From sequence record DRR378314_461: a stretch of 54,666 nt of DNA. One strand, written 5' to 3'. A model generated the notes under the pieces. That model searched no databases. It was not told the DNA's origin and was given only the letters and a program-made list of their open reading frames with translations. The translations under genes and the position numbers were made by a program. Below are positions 41,573 to 51,473 of the stretch, one piece after another; within the stretch, counting starts at the first letter, position 1, and each line of letters begins with the position of its first letter.

Positions 41573-42427
41573 TCATTGCGGCGCTTGAAAACCGATTAAC
41601 TTTTTCACGTCTTCCGGTGTATATCCTTGCGCCCTGATCTCTCTGATCGTTGCAGATTTGTCCCGTTTGGCAAGTCGTCGCCCCTTCATGTCAGAGACCA
41701 GACCGTGATGCAGGTATCGGGGCGTTGGCAACGAAAGCAAATGCTGAAGCAGCCGGTGCAGATAAGTGGCCTCAAACAGATCCTGTCCCCTGACAACCAA
41801 TGTGACACCCTGCAGGGCATCATCCAATGTCACGGCCAAATGATAACTGGTTGGCGTCTCTTTACGCGCGAGCACAACATCCCCAAACCTGGCCGGATCA
41901 CACTGAATAATACCCTTGCCCACTTCTTCAAATCGCAGCAGATCCAGATTAACCCCGGCCAGCGCCTTTTCCATATTCAAGCGAAGCGCATAAGGTTTAT
42001 CAGCATTGAAGTTTTCTTCAATTTCCGCTGCTGGCAGGTGCTTGCAGGTTCCTGGATATACCGGTCCATCTGGTCCGTGCGGGGCGGATGGGCTTTGGGC
42101 AATTTCCGCAGCGATTTCTTTTCGCGTGCAAAAACACGGATAGATCAAACCTCTTTCATGAAGTCGTTCCAACACCGCTTCATAGTCTTCGAACTGCTCA
42201 CTTTGCTTGCGAACAGGCGTCTCCCACTGCAGACCAATCCACCGCAAATCTTCATAGATCGCCGCCTCAAATTCAGGGCGGCATCTGGTTTGATCAATAT
42301 CTTCCAGCCGTAATAAAAACCGGCCACCGGCCTTTTTTGCTTGTTCATAAGCGAGGCTGGCAGAATAGGCATGGCCAACATGTAAGTAGCCGGTGGGACT
42401 GGGTGCGAAACGGGTAATGATGCTCAT
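41573..42427 (-). CDS. gluQRS: tRNA glutamyl-Q(34) synthetase
   Basis: TRFAPSPTGYLHVGH, CFCTR...YPGTC, RGQDL, RLAKR; no anticodon-binding domain. Confidence 0.95.
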   Translation of the reverse strand: MSIITRFAPSPTGYLHVGHAYSASLAYEQAKKAGGRFLLRLEDIDQTRCRPEFEAAIYEDLRWIGLQWETPVRKQSEQFEDYEAVLERLHERGLIYPCFCTRKEIAAEIAQSPSAPHGPDGPVYPGTCKHLPAAEIEENFNADKPYALRLNMEKALAGVNLDLLRFEEVGKGIIQCDPARFGDVVLARKETPTSYHLAVTLDDALQGVTLVVRGQDLFEATYLHRLLQHLLSLPTPRYLHHGLVSDMKGRRLAKRDKSATIREIRAQGYTPEDVKKLIGFQAPQ

Positions 42428-42556
42428 CCGTAGAGTTTTAACCATAAATTTTAGAAAAAATCATATAAAAACCGGAAATATGGACTGGAAAACTTGCATC
42501 TGCACCGGTGAGTGGTTAGCTTCATTAATAGTTTATTAATTTGCGTTAAAGTGCTC

Positions 42557-43840
42557 ATGTTTCGAAAAATCCTGATCGCAGCCAACGCAGTCCTTATTTT
42601 GACTGCCTGCACTCTGCCCTTCGCCAAGGACAGATCAATCGAGGGTGCACTGGATCGGTTCGAGCAAGCCTATGCGGAAAAATACGGATCGCAAATTTCG
42701 GCAAAGGATGACCGGGAGGTCGTTGCCCAGGTTTTATCCCGCGTGAAGGATCGATATGTAGACGCGGTGGACGCGGATCAGCTTGTCGACGTCGCCATCA
42801 AAACCATGAATGAAAACGAGAATGAAGGGGACGAGCCCTTAACCGTTGCCTTGAACGCCATGATGGGCTCTTTGGATGCCTATTCCGCCTATATGAGCCC
42901 TGCGGCCTATTCCCGTTATCAAAACAGCCTTGAAGGCAAATTTGTCGGGTTTGGAGTGCGCATTGAAATGCGCGAAGGCGAACTCACCGTCATCACACCC
43001 ATTAAGGGGTCTCCTGCATTTGCGGCTGGTGTGCAGCCAAACGATGTCATTTCCCATCTGGATGGTGAACCCCTGTCCGGCATGACCCTGCCCGAAGCCG
43101 TTGAAAAGCTTCGCGGTCCTAGCGGGACACGGGCGGTACTGACGATCGTCCGTGAAAATGTTCGCACCCCATTGCAATTAAGCCTGGTCCGCTCCGCTGT
43201 TGATCTGGATCCGGTGGAATATCGGGTGGACGGTGATGTCGGTTATATCCGCATTCACAGTTTTAACCGCAAAACCGCCGACAGTGTGGATGAAGCGCTG
43301 AGTGTGTTTCAGGCGAAACTGGGCCCATCTCTTTGCGGGGTCATTATTGATATGCGCAACAATCCGGGCGGCCTGGTGACATCGGCCGTTGAAATTGCCG
43401 ATGAATTCATGAATTCAGGAAATATCTTCGCCGCAGAAAACCGGGGTGTCGAATTTTCAGAGGAATATGCCGAAGATGGCGACCGGATCAGCGGAAAGCC
43501 CCTCATGGTCATGTTGAACAAAGGCTCTGCTTCTGCTGCGGAAATTGTCGCCGGGGCCCTGCAACATCAAAAACGCGCCCAGATCTTTGGCGAACAAAGC
43601 TATGGCAAGGGCACCATGCAAACCCTTTACAATCTGGATAACGGGGGCGGTCTTCGCTTTACCACAGGCCGGTTTACAGCAGGCGGCGGGAAATCCTTCA
43701 ATGGCATTGGCATTCAGCCAGACATTGCCGATGTTGCCAAAAAAGATGAAAATGAACTCGCGCCGATTGCCAGGGCCGGCGTTGCCCTGAACTGTCATCT
43801 TTCAGTTCAGACGGCCGCCGCCGCCATCACCACTCACTAA
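42557..43840 (+). CDS. S41 family carboxyl-terminal processing peptidase (PDZ), probable lipoprotein
   Basis: LILTAC lipobox, PDZ, DMRNNPGG, SASAAE (Ser), YGKG (Lys), GIQPD. Confidence 0.92.
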   Translation: MFRKILIAANAVLILTACTLPFAKDRSIEGALDRFEQAYAEKYGSQISAKDDREVVAQVLSRVKDRYVDAVDADQLVDVAIKTMNENENEGDEPLTVALNAMMGSLDAYSAYMSPAAYSRYQNSLEGKFVGFGVRIEMREGELTVITPIKGSPAFAAGVQPNDVISHLDGEPLSGMTLPEAVEKLRGPSGTRAVLTIVRENVRTPLQLSLVRSAVDLDPVEYRVDGDVGYIRIHSFNRKTADSVDEALSVFQAKLGPSLCGVIIDMRNNPGGLVTSAVEIADEFMNSGNIFAAENRGVEFSEEYAEDGDRISGKPLMVMLNKGSASAAEIVAGALQHQKRAQIFGEQSYGKGTMQTLYNLDNGGGLRFTTGRFTAGGGKSFNGIGIQPDIADVAKKDENELAPIARAGVALNCHLSVQTAAAAITTH

Positions 43841-43846
43841 GCCATA

Positions 43847-44479
43847 ATGTCAGAGCCGCTCAAAGACGCCATCCGCTTTATTGAGCAGGCTGATGAAGAT
43901 TTTCGTCATGCCCTGACCGTTATTTCCCCGATCCCCAGCCGAAAGCGACCCGCAACATTCGAGCAACTCACCAAGATCATTGTTGAGCAGCAAGTCTCTT
44001 TGGCCAGCGCGGCTGCAATCTGGGCGCGCCTGTCTGCGGCTATCTCCCCTTTCTCGGCCGAGAAACTGATAACGTTTACAGAAGATGATCTTCGCGCTCT
44101 TGGCTTGAGCCGTCAAAAAGCCCGTTACTGCCGGTCTCTGGCGGGGCATATTCTGGAAGGATCGCTGGACCTGAAAAGGTTACACGATCTGAGCGACGAA
44201 CAGTCGTTGCAGGCCCTTATTCAGGTAAAGGGCATCGGTCGCTGGACTGCTGAGATTTATCAGATTGGCTGTCTTGGCCGATTGAACATCTGGCCTGCCG
44301 GCGATGTCGCGCTGCAAGCCGCCTACCAGCATATGAAACAACTGCCAGAACGCCCGGACATTGCCCAAATGGATGAATTTGGGAAACCGTTCATGCCCTA
44401 CCGGACCGTTGCCGCGCAAATTCTCTGGCGGTATTATGCAGATGTTGTTCGAAACACCCCCAAACCCACCCCTCAATAG
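43847..44479 (+). CDS. alkA: DNA-3-methyladenine glycosylase (AlkA/HhH-GPD family)
   Basis: EQQVS...A, VKGIGRWTAE, PAGDVAL, PYR.VAA..LW. Confidence 0.88.
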   Translation: MSEPLKDAIRFIEQADEDFRHALTVISPIPSRKRPATFEQLTKIIVEQQVSLASAAAIWARLSAAISPFSAEKLITFTEDDLRALGLSRQKARYCRSLAGHILEGSLDLKRLHDLSDEQSLQALIQVKGIGRWTAEIYQIGCLGRLNIWPAGDVALQAAYQHMKQLPERPDIAQMDEFGKPFMPYRTVAAQILWRYYADVVRNTPKPTPQ

Positions 44480-44604
44480 TGAGTGAAATCGATATACAGT
44501 AGGGTCACATAAACTTAATACAAAATCCTGTATTAGGGTTTGATTTTTTGCCCGCAACACGCCAGACTATCAATATCACGATTGCTAAATGAGGATTGTG
44601 ATCA

Positions 44605-45156
44605 GTGTTAGCATCTGCGGAAAAATTTCCGGCGTTGGTCTTAAATGCCGATTATCGTCCCCTCAGCTATTTCCCCCTGTCGCTGTGGTCGTGGCAAGAT
44701 GCCCTAAAATCTGTTTTTCTGGACCGGGTCGACATCGTTTCCGAATATGACCGTGTCGTTCACTCCCCCAGTTTTGAAATGAATTTGCCGAGTGTTATTT
44801 GCCTCAAACGGTATGTCCAACGTCGACGTCAACCGGCTTTCACCCGCTTCAACCTGTTCTTGCGGGATGGATTTCTATGTCAATATTGCGGCTCTGGCGA
44901 GGATTTAACCTTTGATCATGTGCTGCCTCGCCGCCTGGGCGGTCAAACCAGCTGGGAAAATATCACGACGGCCTGCGCCCGTTGCAATATGGTCAAAGGC
45001 GGGCGCCTGACGAAGGACGCCAAAATGTATCCGAAGGTGCGGCCCTATGTTCCCTCTTCGGAAAATCTGAACGAAATGGGTCGACACTTTCCGCCGAACT
45101 ACTTACATGAAAGCTGGCGCGACTTCCTTTACTGGGATATTGAGTTGCTGGAATAG
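44605..45156 (+). CDS. HNH endonuclease
   Basis: LVLNADYRPLS, RDGFLCQYCG, TFDHVLP...GG, CARCN..KG. Confidence 0.92.
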   Translation: MLASAEKFPALVLNADYRPLSYFPLSLWSWQDALKSVFLDRVDIVSEYDRVVHSPSFEMNLPSVICLKRYVQRRRQPAFTRFNLFLRDGFLCQYCGSGEDLTFDHVLPRRLGGQTSWENITTACARCNMVKGGRLTKDAKMYPKVRPYVPSSENLNEMGRHFPPNYLHESWRDFLYWDIELLE

Positions 45157-45273
45157 AACATAATCACTCCTTCCGCTTGTGTGATAAGGACATCTATTGC
45201 CTTTCTCAATTTCAGTAGGTAATACATGAACTGTTTCAACTCAGCGGAATTCTTCTGTAAGCGTGAATAAAAA

Positions 45274-46002
45274 ATGAACTACGGACTTGGGCTTTCTGAA
45301 AAGAAAAAGGCGCGTGATCGCCGAAATAAATTTTTTAAATTTGTTTTCTATATCTGCCTGCTAGGCGGTGCGGGAGCTTATGGCTATTTTGAAGGCCAGG
45401 CGGAGGCAGACCGACGGGTTGCCAATTCCCAGGATCAGGTCAACATTCTGGCTCAGGAAAATACAAATCTGAACGAGAAGATCCGTTCTGCCATGGATAA
45501 GCAAAGTGCTGCATTGGCAGAGGCCCGGGCATGGCGTGATAAATACGAAACGGAAATCCCCAAAGGTCCGACCCTGGATATCCTGCAACTTGTGCAGACC
45601 CGCCTAAAGGAGGGGATGGACCCAACCCGCCTGATCAATTTGATCACTCTTGCACAGAATGAAAGCAACTGTGATGAGACCGCAGAGCAAAAGCGGTTTA
45701 TCGTCAATACCCCGATTTACAGTTCACCTGATAATTCAATCAGCCTTGGCGATGGATCTGTCACGGTCAGCGGAGAAGGCCAGCCAACATTGAACGCAGA
45801 AGGCAATCCAGAAGCCTGGTATGATCCGTCAAAACCGATCACCATCTCGTTCACTCAACTGGGCGGCAAAGCTGAGAAAGTTACCGGCAACCTTCCGATC
45901 CATAAGAGTCTGGTGTTCGGCGCGAACGAATATCGCTTCAGCATCACCAAAGGACGCCAAAGCTTTGCATCCATTTCCGTAATCAGATGTGATTTCCCGT
46001 AA
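45274..46002 (+). CDS. Hypothetical single-pass membrane protein with coiled coil
   Basis: Basic N-terminus, one TM, coiled coil, beta-rich C-terminus; candidate promoter TTGCCT-N17-TAATAC upstream. Confidence 0.8.
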   Translation: MNYGLGLSEKKKARDRRNKFFKFVFYICLLGGAGAYGYFEGQAEADRRVANSQDQVNILAQENTNLNEKIRSAMDKQSAALAEARAWRDKYETEIPKGPTLDILQLVQTRLKEGMDPTRLINLITLAQNESNCDETAEQKRFIVNTPIYSSPDNSISLGDGSVTVSGEGQPTLNAEGNPEAWYDPSKPITISFTQLGGKAEKVTGNLPIHKSLVFGANEYRFSITKGRQSFASISVIRCDFP

Positions 46003-46022
46003 ATTCGGGAAAATAAAACATC

Positions 46023-46601
46023 TTAAATCCGTGACGAAAGCCAGATTGCCAGTTTTGATCCGGCTTTAACGGCGCCTGTCAGCACCTCATAGCCCGGGGC
46101 CTCGGCCGCTCCTTTTTCCCGAGCGATATCGCGATGTTCAATTTCTTCATCGCGGAATTTCTGGATCTTGTCTTTGAGCTCCTGCTCATCATCGCCGAGC
46201 TGCTCAAGCTGATGCTGATAATGCTCGTCAATGACCTCTTCAACGGCTTCTGTGCAGGCCATTGCAGCCTCCTTGCCGAGCAGGGCAGTCCCTGCGCCCA
46301 AGGCAAAACCAGCCACATTCCAAAGCGGCGAGAGGAGGGTTGGCCGTACCCTGCGATCCCCGATCAGATTTTCAAAAGCTTCCCGGTGAACGACTTCCTG
46401 CTCCATCATATGTTTGATGGTATCCGCCTGATCCGTGTCTTTCAAAACGGCATATTGCCCCTGATAAATGCGAACAGCCCCAAATTCACCCGCGTGATCC
46501 ACCCGAATGATCCGGTCCAGCAGCTCTTCCTTATTCAGATCTCCGGGCTGGCGCCCTTCACCGGTCATTTTAGGGGTCGGTTTTTCAGATCCGTTTTGCA
46601 T
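46023..46601 (-). CDS. coq7: Demethoxyubiquinone hydroxylase (Coq7)
   Basis: RVDHAGEFGA..IY.GQ, E..H, RPT.L.PLW, EAVEEVI..HY, E.EH. Confidence 0.95.
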   Translation of the reverse strand: MQNGSEKPTPKMTGEGRQPGDLNKEELLDRIIRVDHAGEFGAVRIYQGQYAVLKDTDQADTIKHMMEQEVVHREAFENLIGDRRVRPTLLSPLWNVAGFALGAGTALLGKEAAMACTEAVEEVIDEHYQHQLEQLGDDEQELKDKIQKFRDEEIEHRDIAREKGAAEAPGYEVLTGAVKAGSKLAIWLSSRI

Positions 46602-46631
46602 TTTATCTCTCCAAGACAGGTCCGCGTCATA

Positions 46632-47114
46632 TTATCGGCTGTGACGCAAGGATAGCAGCATGAAAACCACCATCACAAGGGCCAGTATTAAATTATAGCC
46701 CGCCATCGAAATTCCAAACATTTCCCATGCAACCTCATCACATTTTGTAATGGGTGCCGCCATTATCTGGGCTTTCAACTCGGCAAGGGTTCCAACCTTT
46801 TCTGCATCAGCGCTACAGGTCGAAGTCCCTTTCCACCATTTTTGCTCTACCCCCACATGAAAAGCCGCGATACCAGCCGTGACGGCGAAACTGATCGCAC
46901 TCAGCACTTTGAACCACACGGCCCGGATCCGGTCCTTCAACGCCACTGCCAACAGACAAATGGCAATAACCGCAGCGTAAGGCCAACGCTGATAGACACA
47001 TAAAACACAAGGCTGCAGATCAAATCCGTATTGCGCAACGAACACGGCCGCTAATGCCAGACAACTGACGAGAAAGGCAATCCACAATGACGATTTAAAG
47101 AAGGCTTGGAACAA
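46632..47114 (-). CDS. dsbB: Disulfide bond formation protein B family
   Basis: PCVLC.YQR, HVGVE..WW, second Cys pair, GISMAGYN. Confidence 0.9.
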   Translation of the reverse strand: MFQAFFKSSLWIAFLVSCLALAAVFVAQYGFDLQPCVLCVYQRWPYAAVIAICLLAVALKDRIRAVWFKVLSAISFAVTAGIAAFHVGVEQKWWKGTSTCSADAEKVGTLAELKAQIMAAPITKCDEVAWEMFGISMAGYNLILALVMVVFMLLSLRHSR

Positions 47115-47129
47115 CAGGATACTCTCTGG

Positions 47130-47711
47130 CTAGAGAAGATACTTTAAGACAACGAAACTGCCGAAAAGAATAACAAAAAACAAAATAGTGAGCAGACCCA
47201 GGTATTTTTCAATAAACGCCCGGATCGGCTCTCCAAACTTATATAGTAACCAGGCGACCAAAAAGAAGCGGGCGCTGCGCGAAAGGACAGAGGCCAGCAT
47301 GAAAATACCGAGATTTAAGCTCACGGCACCGCTGGCAATTGTGATCACTTTATAGGGAAACGGGGTTAGCCCAAAAAAAGCGACGATCCATCCCCCCCAT
47401 TCCGTGTAGCTGAGGGCGAAATTGGCAAATTTCTCTTCATATCCATATAAGGCAATTATCGGCTCACCGATCAGTTGAAAAAAGTAATTGCCGATCACAT
47501 ATCCCAGAACACCACCGAGAACCGAAAAGAGACTGCAGATAAATGCGATCTTCAGGGCTTGTTTACGGTTTGCAAGCACCATAGGGATTAACATGACGTC
47601 TGGCGGAATTGGGAAAATGGAACTTTCAATGAACGAAACGGCCGCAAGAAACCCTTTGGCCTGCGGCTTCGCTGCCAGTCCCATTGTAAAGTCGTAAAGT
47701 TTGCGAATCAT
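47130..47711 (-). CDS. YqaA/DedA family membrane protein
   Basis: SFIESSIFPIPPD, TPFPYK, R.ARFF. Confidence 0.92.
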   Translation of the reverse strand: MIRKLYDFTMGLAAKPQAKGFLAAVSFIESSIFPIPPDVMLIPMVLANRKQALKIAFICSLFSVLGGVLGYVIGNYFFQLIGEPIIALYGYEEKFANFALSYTEWGGWIVAFFGLTPFPYKVITIASGAVSLNLGIFMLASVLSRSARFFLVAWLLYKFGEPIRAFIEKYLGLLTILFFVILFGSFVVLKYLL

Positions 47712-47950
47712 TCGCCTCACCTATGGATAAGCTCAATTTGCCAATCTAGAGGAAATTTTGATTTAGCTGCAAGTAGTTATCAAGAACTCAACAAATTTAT
47801 TCACTTGCAGGGTGTTTCCAGCTAATACTTCCGAAGGATTAGTCCAAAAATATACCTGCTATTGATTTTGTAACTTTTTTATTACAGGATAACTTTGGGA
47901 GATGAGTTTACGCTGTACAACTCATTGGGAACAAAGGATAGACCGCCATA

Positions 47951-48664
47951 ATGATGCAGAAAATTCTGATTGTTGACGATGAACCAGAACTGAGAGAAGT
48001 CCTGCGGGAAACCTTGGAGCGGGAAAACTATGTGGTTTCTGAAGCCGCCAACGCAGAAGAAATGCGCCAGGTCTTTGCCAGTGACGATTTCGATTTGGTC
48101 CTTTTGGATTTGATGCTGCCGGATGAAGACGGGCTCAGCCTGACAAGATATTTAAAAGAAAGATCAAATGTCGGTGTTATCATTCTGACCGGTAAAGGCG
48201 AGAGTGTTGATCTGATCATTGGTCTTGAGATGGGCGCGGATGATTATGTCGCCAAGCCTTATAATCGGCGGGAATTGCTGGCCCGGATCAAAAGCGTCAT
48301 GCGCCGCACAGGCGCGGCGACGCCAAAAACGGACCGCGCGGCCGCAGATAAAGCCTGCATCAACTTCTCAGGTTGGGAATTAGACCTTCCGCATCATAAA
48401 CTGGCCGCACCAGACGGTTCAGACGTGCCTTTGACCATGGCTGAATTTCAGCTCCTTCGTGTCCTTTTGGAAGCGCCAGGGCAGCCCGTGGATCGTGGTC
48501 GGCTCAGCCTCAAAATTTTCAATAAGGAATTGAAAGAAAACAGCCGGAACATTGATGCCCTGGTTCGCAGGCTCCGGCAAAAGCTGGAAATCGATGAAAA
48601 TCAGCCTCAAATGATAAAATCCGTCAGAGGATCCGGCTATACTATCCTCACGACACTGGAATAA
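47951..48664 (+). CDS. OmpR-family response regulator (no adjacent kinase)
   Basis: VDDE, LDLMLP, GADDY.AKP, winged helix ending KSVRGSGY. Confidence 0.93.
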   Translation: MMQKILIVDDEPELREVLRETLERENYVVSEAANAEEMRQVFASDDFDLVLLDLMLPDEDGLSLTRYLKERSNVGVIILTGKGESVDLIIGLEMGADDYVAKPYNRRELLARIKSVMRRTGAATPKTDRAAADKACINFSGWELDLPHHKLAAPDGSDVPLTMAEFQLLRVLLEAPGQPVDRGRLSLKIFNKELKENSRNIDALVRRLRQKLEIDENQPQMIKSVRGSGYTILTTLE

Positions 48665-48697
48665 ATCAGGTATTTTTCTGAAATGCATAAAGTGGAG

Positions 48698-48725
48698 TTG
48701 ACCGCACCTAAATCATGGGTATAGT
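48698..48725 (+). promoter_or_regulatory. Sigma70-type promoter of tRNA-Leu
   Basis: TTGACC-N16-TATAGT upstream of the tRNA. Confidence 0.65.
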
Positions 48726-48741
48726 GCGAGTTCTTCACGGG

Positions 48742-48827
48742 GCCCCTGTGGCGGAATTGGTAGACGCGACAGATTCAAAATCTGTTGTCCACTGGACGTG
48801 CCTGTTCGAGTCAGGCCAGGGGCACCA
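48742..48827 (+). tRNA. tRNA-Leu(CAA)
   Basis: GCCCCTG/CAGGGGC acceptor stem, GGAATTGGTAGAC D-arm, ACAGA-TTCAAAA-TCTGT anticodon arm, long variable arm, GTTCGAGT T-loop, encoded CCA. Confidence 0.97.
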
Positions 48828-48883
48828 TAAATCCTAAAATAGATTTATCCTGTCAGCGCGCTGAAAAGCCGCGTGGAATCAAG

Positions 48884-49297
48884 CTATTTTCGAAGCCCCA
48901 AATCCTTTGTGGAAGCAAATGATCCACCGCCACTTTCCGACTGCAACGCCTCTTCAACCTTGTCGCAGATTTCGGTCAGGGTGAACGGTTTGGAAATTAC
49001 GTCATGAATCAAATCATCAAGATTATGAGCCCGCTGGCGTTCCGCCGCGTAACCGGTCATCAACAGGATTTTGAGTGCCGGGAAATCCTTGGCCACTTTT
49101 AAGGACAAGGCGATCCCATCCATAATCGGCATGACAATATCCGTCAGCAAAAGGTCAAACGCCACCTCACTCTGCAAAGCATGCAAAGCTTCCGCGCCGT
49201 CCCGAACCGCGACGACCTCATGACCATGATGGCTCAGCGCCCGCTGAACGAACTCTCTCAAAGACGCCTCATCTTCTGCAATCAGAACCCGCGCCAT
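48884..49297 (-). CDS. Single-domain response regulator (CpdR-like)
   Basis: MARVLIAEDE, LLLTDIVMPIMDG, MTGYA, KPF; receiver domain only; downstream of hpt. Confidence 0.85.
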   Translation of the reverse strand: MARVLIAEDEASLREFVQRALSHHGHEVVAVRDGAEALHALQSEVAFDLLLTDIVMPIMDGIALSLKVAKDFPALKILLMTGYAAERQRAHNLDDLIHDVISKPFTLTEICDKVEEALQSESGGGSFASTKDLGLRK

Positions 49298-49311
49298 GCC
49301 CCCCCTCTTAT

Positions 49312-49860
49312 TTATTCTTTTACGATATGCCCAATATAGGGAAGTTCCCGATAATAATGCGCATAATCAAGCCCATAGCCAATCACAAACAGGTCAGGAC
49401 AGTCGAAGCCGACAAAATCTGCTTCAAAATCCATGATCCGTTTCCCTCTCTTGTCCAGCATCAGGCAGGTCTTCACCATTTTGGCGCCCCGCTCTGTCAA
49501 TTCGCGAGTTGCAAACTCCATGGTGCGACCGGATTCCAGGATATCGTCAATGAGCAGCACATTCCGCCCCTTTACTGTATCCATAATATCCCGGGTAATC
49601 ACAACGGTCCCGCTGCTGATTGTTTTATCGCCATAGGAGGACAGAGCCATAAAATCGATCTGCGGTTTCACACCCGCATGATGCAAAGCTCTGATCAGAT
49701 CCGCTGCAAACACAAAGCTGCCCTTCAGGACAGCGATCACCAGAATATCGGAGCCCATTTCCTTGGCAATTTGCTCTGACAGTTCTTCGTTCCGTCTTTC
49801 AATATCTGCACTTGAAAAAAGGACCTCAATATTCGGGTTTGGCTCTTGGCTAGCCATCAT
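49312..49860 (-). CDS. hpt: Hypoxanthine phosphoribosyltransferase
   Basis: LKGSF.F.ADL, SSYG, LIDDILESGRT, FVIGYGLDY...YRELP. Confidence 0.96.
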   Translation of the reverse strand: MMASQEPNPNIEVLFSSADIERRNEELSEQIAKEMGSDILVIAVLKGSFVFAADLIRALHHAGVKPQIDFMALSSYGDKTISSGTVVITRDIMDTVKGRNVLLIDDILESGRTMEFATRELTERGAKMVKTCLMLDKRGKRIMDFEADFVGFDCPDLFVIGYGLDYAHYYRELPYIGHIVKE

Positions 49861-49878
49861 TATCTCCACATCAAAATA

Positions 49879-50646
49879 TTAATGACTCTCGCCATCTGTT
49901 TCCGGTTTGGTCATCAGGTCCTTCGGCGCGATCAAATGCGCCTTCACATGCTTTGCTTCCTCGGGAGGCTGGTTCATGCTGGAGGAAAACTCGATCTCTC
50001 CCCAGGGAACAACATGCGTTTCCTCGATGGACGTGCTCCAGCTATAAACATGGTGACCCTGGGAATCCACCAATTGTATACCAATTCTTGGAATAGGTTG
50101 TTGCTCGCCTGTGATATTTGTAATTCGGCCGGTAACGGTGAGCCGGACAATCCCGTTTTCAAGCACGGATTTCGTTTTCAAATCATGGATTTCCAGCCCC
50201 AGAAGATTGGTCGTTTTCACATCCAGCTTCATCATCTGATATAATTTGGCGGAAGCGGGCCAGAACTGCACAACATAATTACGACCGTAATACCCGCCAG
50301 CTCCGATGCCGGCCAGGATCAGGATAAACAGAAGCCAGCCAAAGATTTTTTTCTTTTTCCGGGTCTTTTTTTCCGCCTGCTGGGCCCTTTGCTGGCTCAT
50401 GCGGGTCATCTGCTCGATGCTCATTCCCTGATCATCGGCGGCCGGCTCTTCAGCTTTCGGCGCTTCTTCCGGTTCTGGAGCCGGTTGCGGTATTGGTTCC
50501 GGGGCCACCTGCTTGGGTAGGTCTTCTGGCGGATATTCACGCCATTTATGGCCACATTTAGCACATTTGACCATCCGCCCCTCAGCTCCGACAGAGGCAG
50601 TATCAATCGAGTATCGTGTTGAACAAGACGGGCAAGTCAATATCAT
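49879..50646 (-). CDS. zitP: Zinc-ribbon (MJ0042-type)/TM/DUF3426 protein, ZitP-like
   Basis: MILTCPSCSTRY...GRMVKCAKCGHKW, Pro-rich linker, TM, periplasmic domain; divergent from ftsE as recalled for Caulobacter. Confidence 0.8.
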   Translation of the reverse strand: MILTCPSCSTRYSIDTASVGAEGRMVKCAKCGHKWREYPPEDLPKQVAPEPIPQPAPEPEEAPKAEEPAADDQGMSIEQMTRMSQQRAQQAEKKTRKKKKIFGWLLFILILAGIGAGGYYGRNYVVQFWPASAKLYQMMKLDVKTTNLLGLEIHDLKTKSVLENGIVRLTVTGRITNITGEQQPIPRIGIQLVDSQGHHVYSWSTSIEETHVVPWGEIEFSSSMNQPPEEAKHVKAHLIAPKDLMTKPETDGESH

Positions 50647-50774
50647 GGGTAAGACACTATCTGTCCAAAGGTTAAACGTTCTTTTTTATAGGCATAACAA
50701 TGAACATGCACAAGACTAGGCAATAAATCCACTTTAGATTATCTTTGCCCCGTAATTTTTTAAGGGAGAACCTT

Positions 50775-51473
50775 TTGGTCGTTTTTGAAAACGTAGGAAT
50801 GCGCTATGGAATGGGTCCGGAAGTCCTTCGTGACATCAACCTGCATCTGCCCGCCGGTTCTTTTCACTTTCTGACCGGCCCGACCGGGGCTGGCAAAAGC
50901 TCCCTGTTAAAGTTGCTGGCTCTCTCCCATCGCCCCAGCCGCGGCCTTCTTAGCCTTTTTGACCAGGAAGTCAGCCACCTTAATCGGTCTGATCTGCCTG
51001 AATTCAGACGGAAAATCGGTGTGGTTTTTCAGGACTTCAGATTGCTCGACCATCTGTCCGCTTTGGAGAATGTTGCCCTGCCGCTTCGAATCGCTGAATT
51101 TGAAGAGGATCTAATCTACAAAAATGTCACAGAGCTGTTGAGCTGGGTCGGGCTCGGCCATCAAATGAACGCCCGGCCGCCAACCCTGTCTGGCGGCGAG
51201 AAGCAGCGCGTTGCCATTGCCAGAGCCGTGATTAACCGCCCGCAATTGCTGATTGCTGACGAGCCCACCGGCTCCATGGACCCGGAAATGGGCCTTCGCC
51301 TGATGCATTTATTTCAGGAATTGAACAAACTTGGGACCACGGTGGTGATTGCGACCCATGATATTGGATTAATTAACCGATTTCGCGCGCCGGTTCTTTA
51401 CCTGAAGGACAGTACAGTGCATTTTGCGTCGGCAGAAGAGTATCTCGCCAAGCTTCAACGGAGTGATGTGTGA
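50775..51473 (+). CDS. ftsE: Cell division ATP-binding protein FtsE
   Basis: GPTGAGKS, IGVVFQDFRLL, LSGGEKQR, ADEPTG; TTG start behind GGGAG. Confidence 0.95.
   Translation: MVVFENVGMRYGMGPEVLRDINLHLPAGSFHFLTGPTGAGKSSLLKLLALSHRPSRGLLSLFDQEVSHLNRSDLPEFRRKIGVVFQDFRLLDHLSALENVALPLRIAEFEEDLIYKNVTELLSWVGLGHQMNARPPTLSGGEKQRVAIARAVINRPQLLIADEPTGSMDPEMGLRLMHLFQELNKLGTTVVIATHDIGLINRFRAPVLYLKDSTVHFASAEEYLAKLQRSDV

Noticed and set aside
48742..48883. tRNA-Leu as an island integration site
   Set aside because: No integrase, no duplicated tRNA 3' end, and core genes follow directly; the site appears empty
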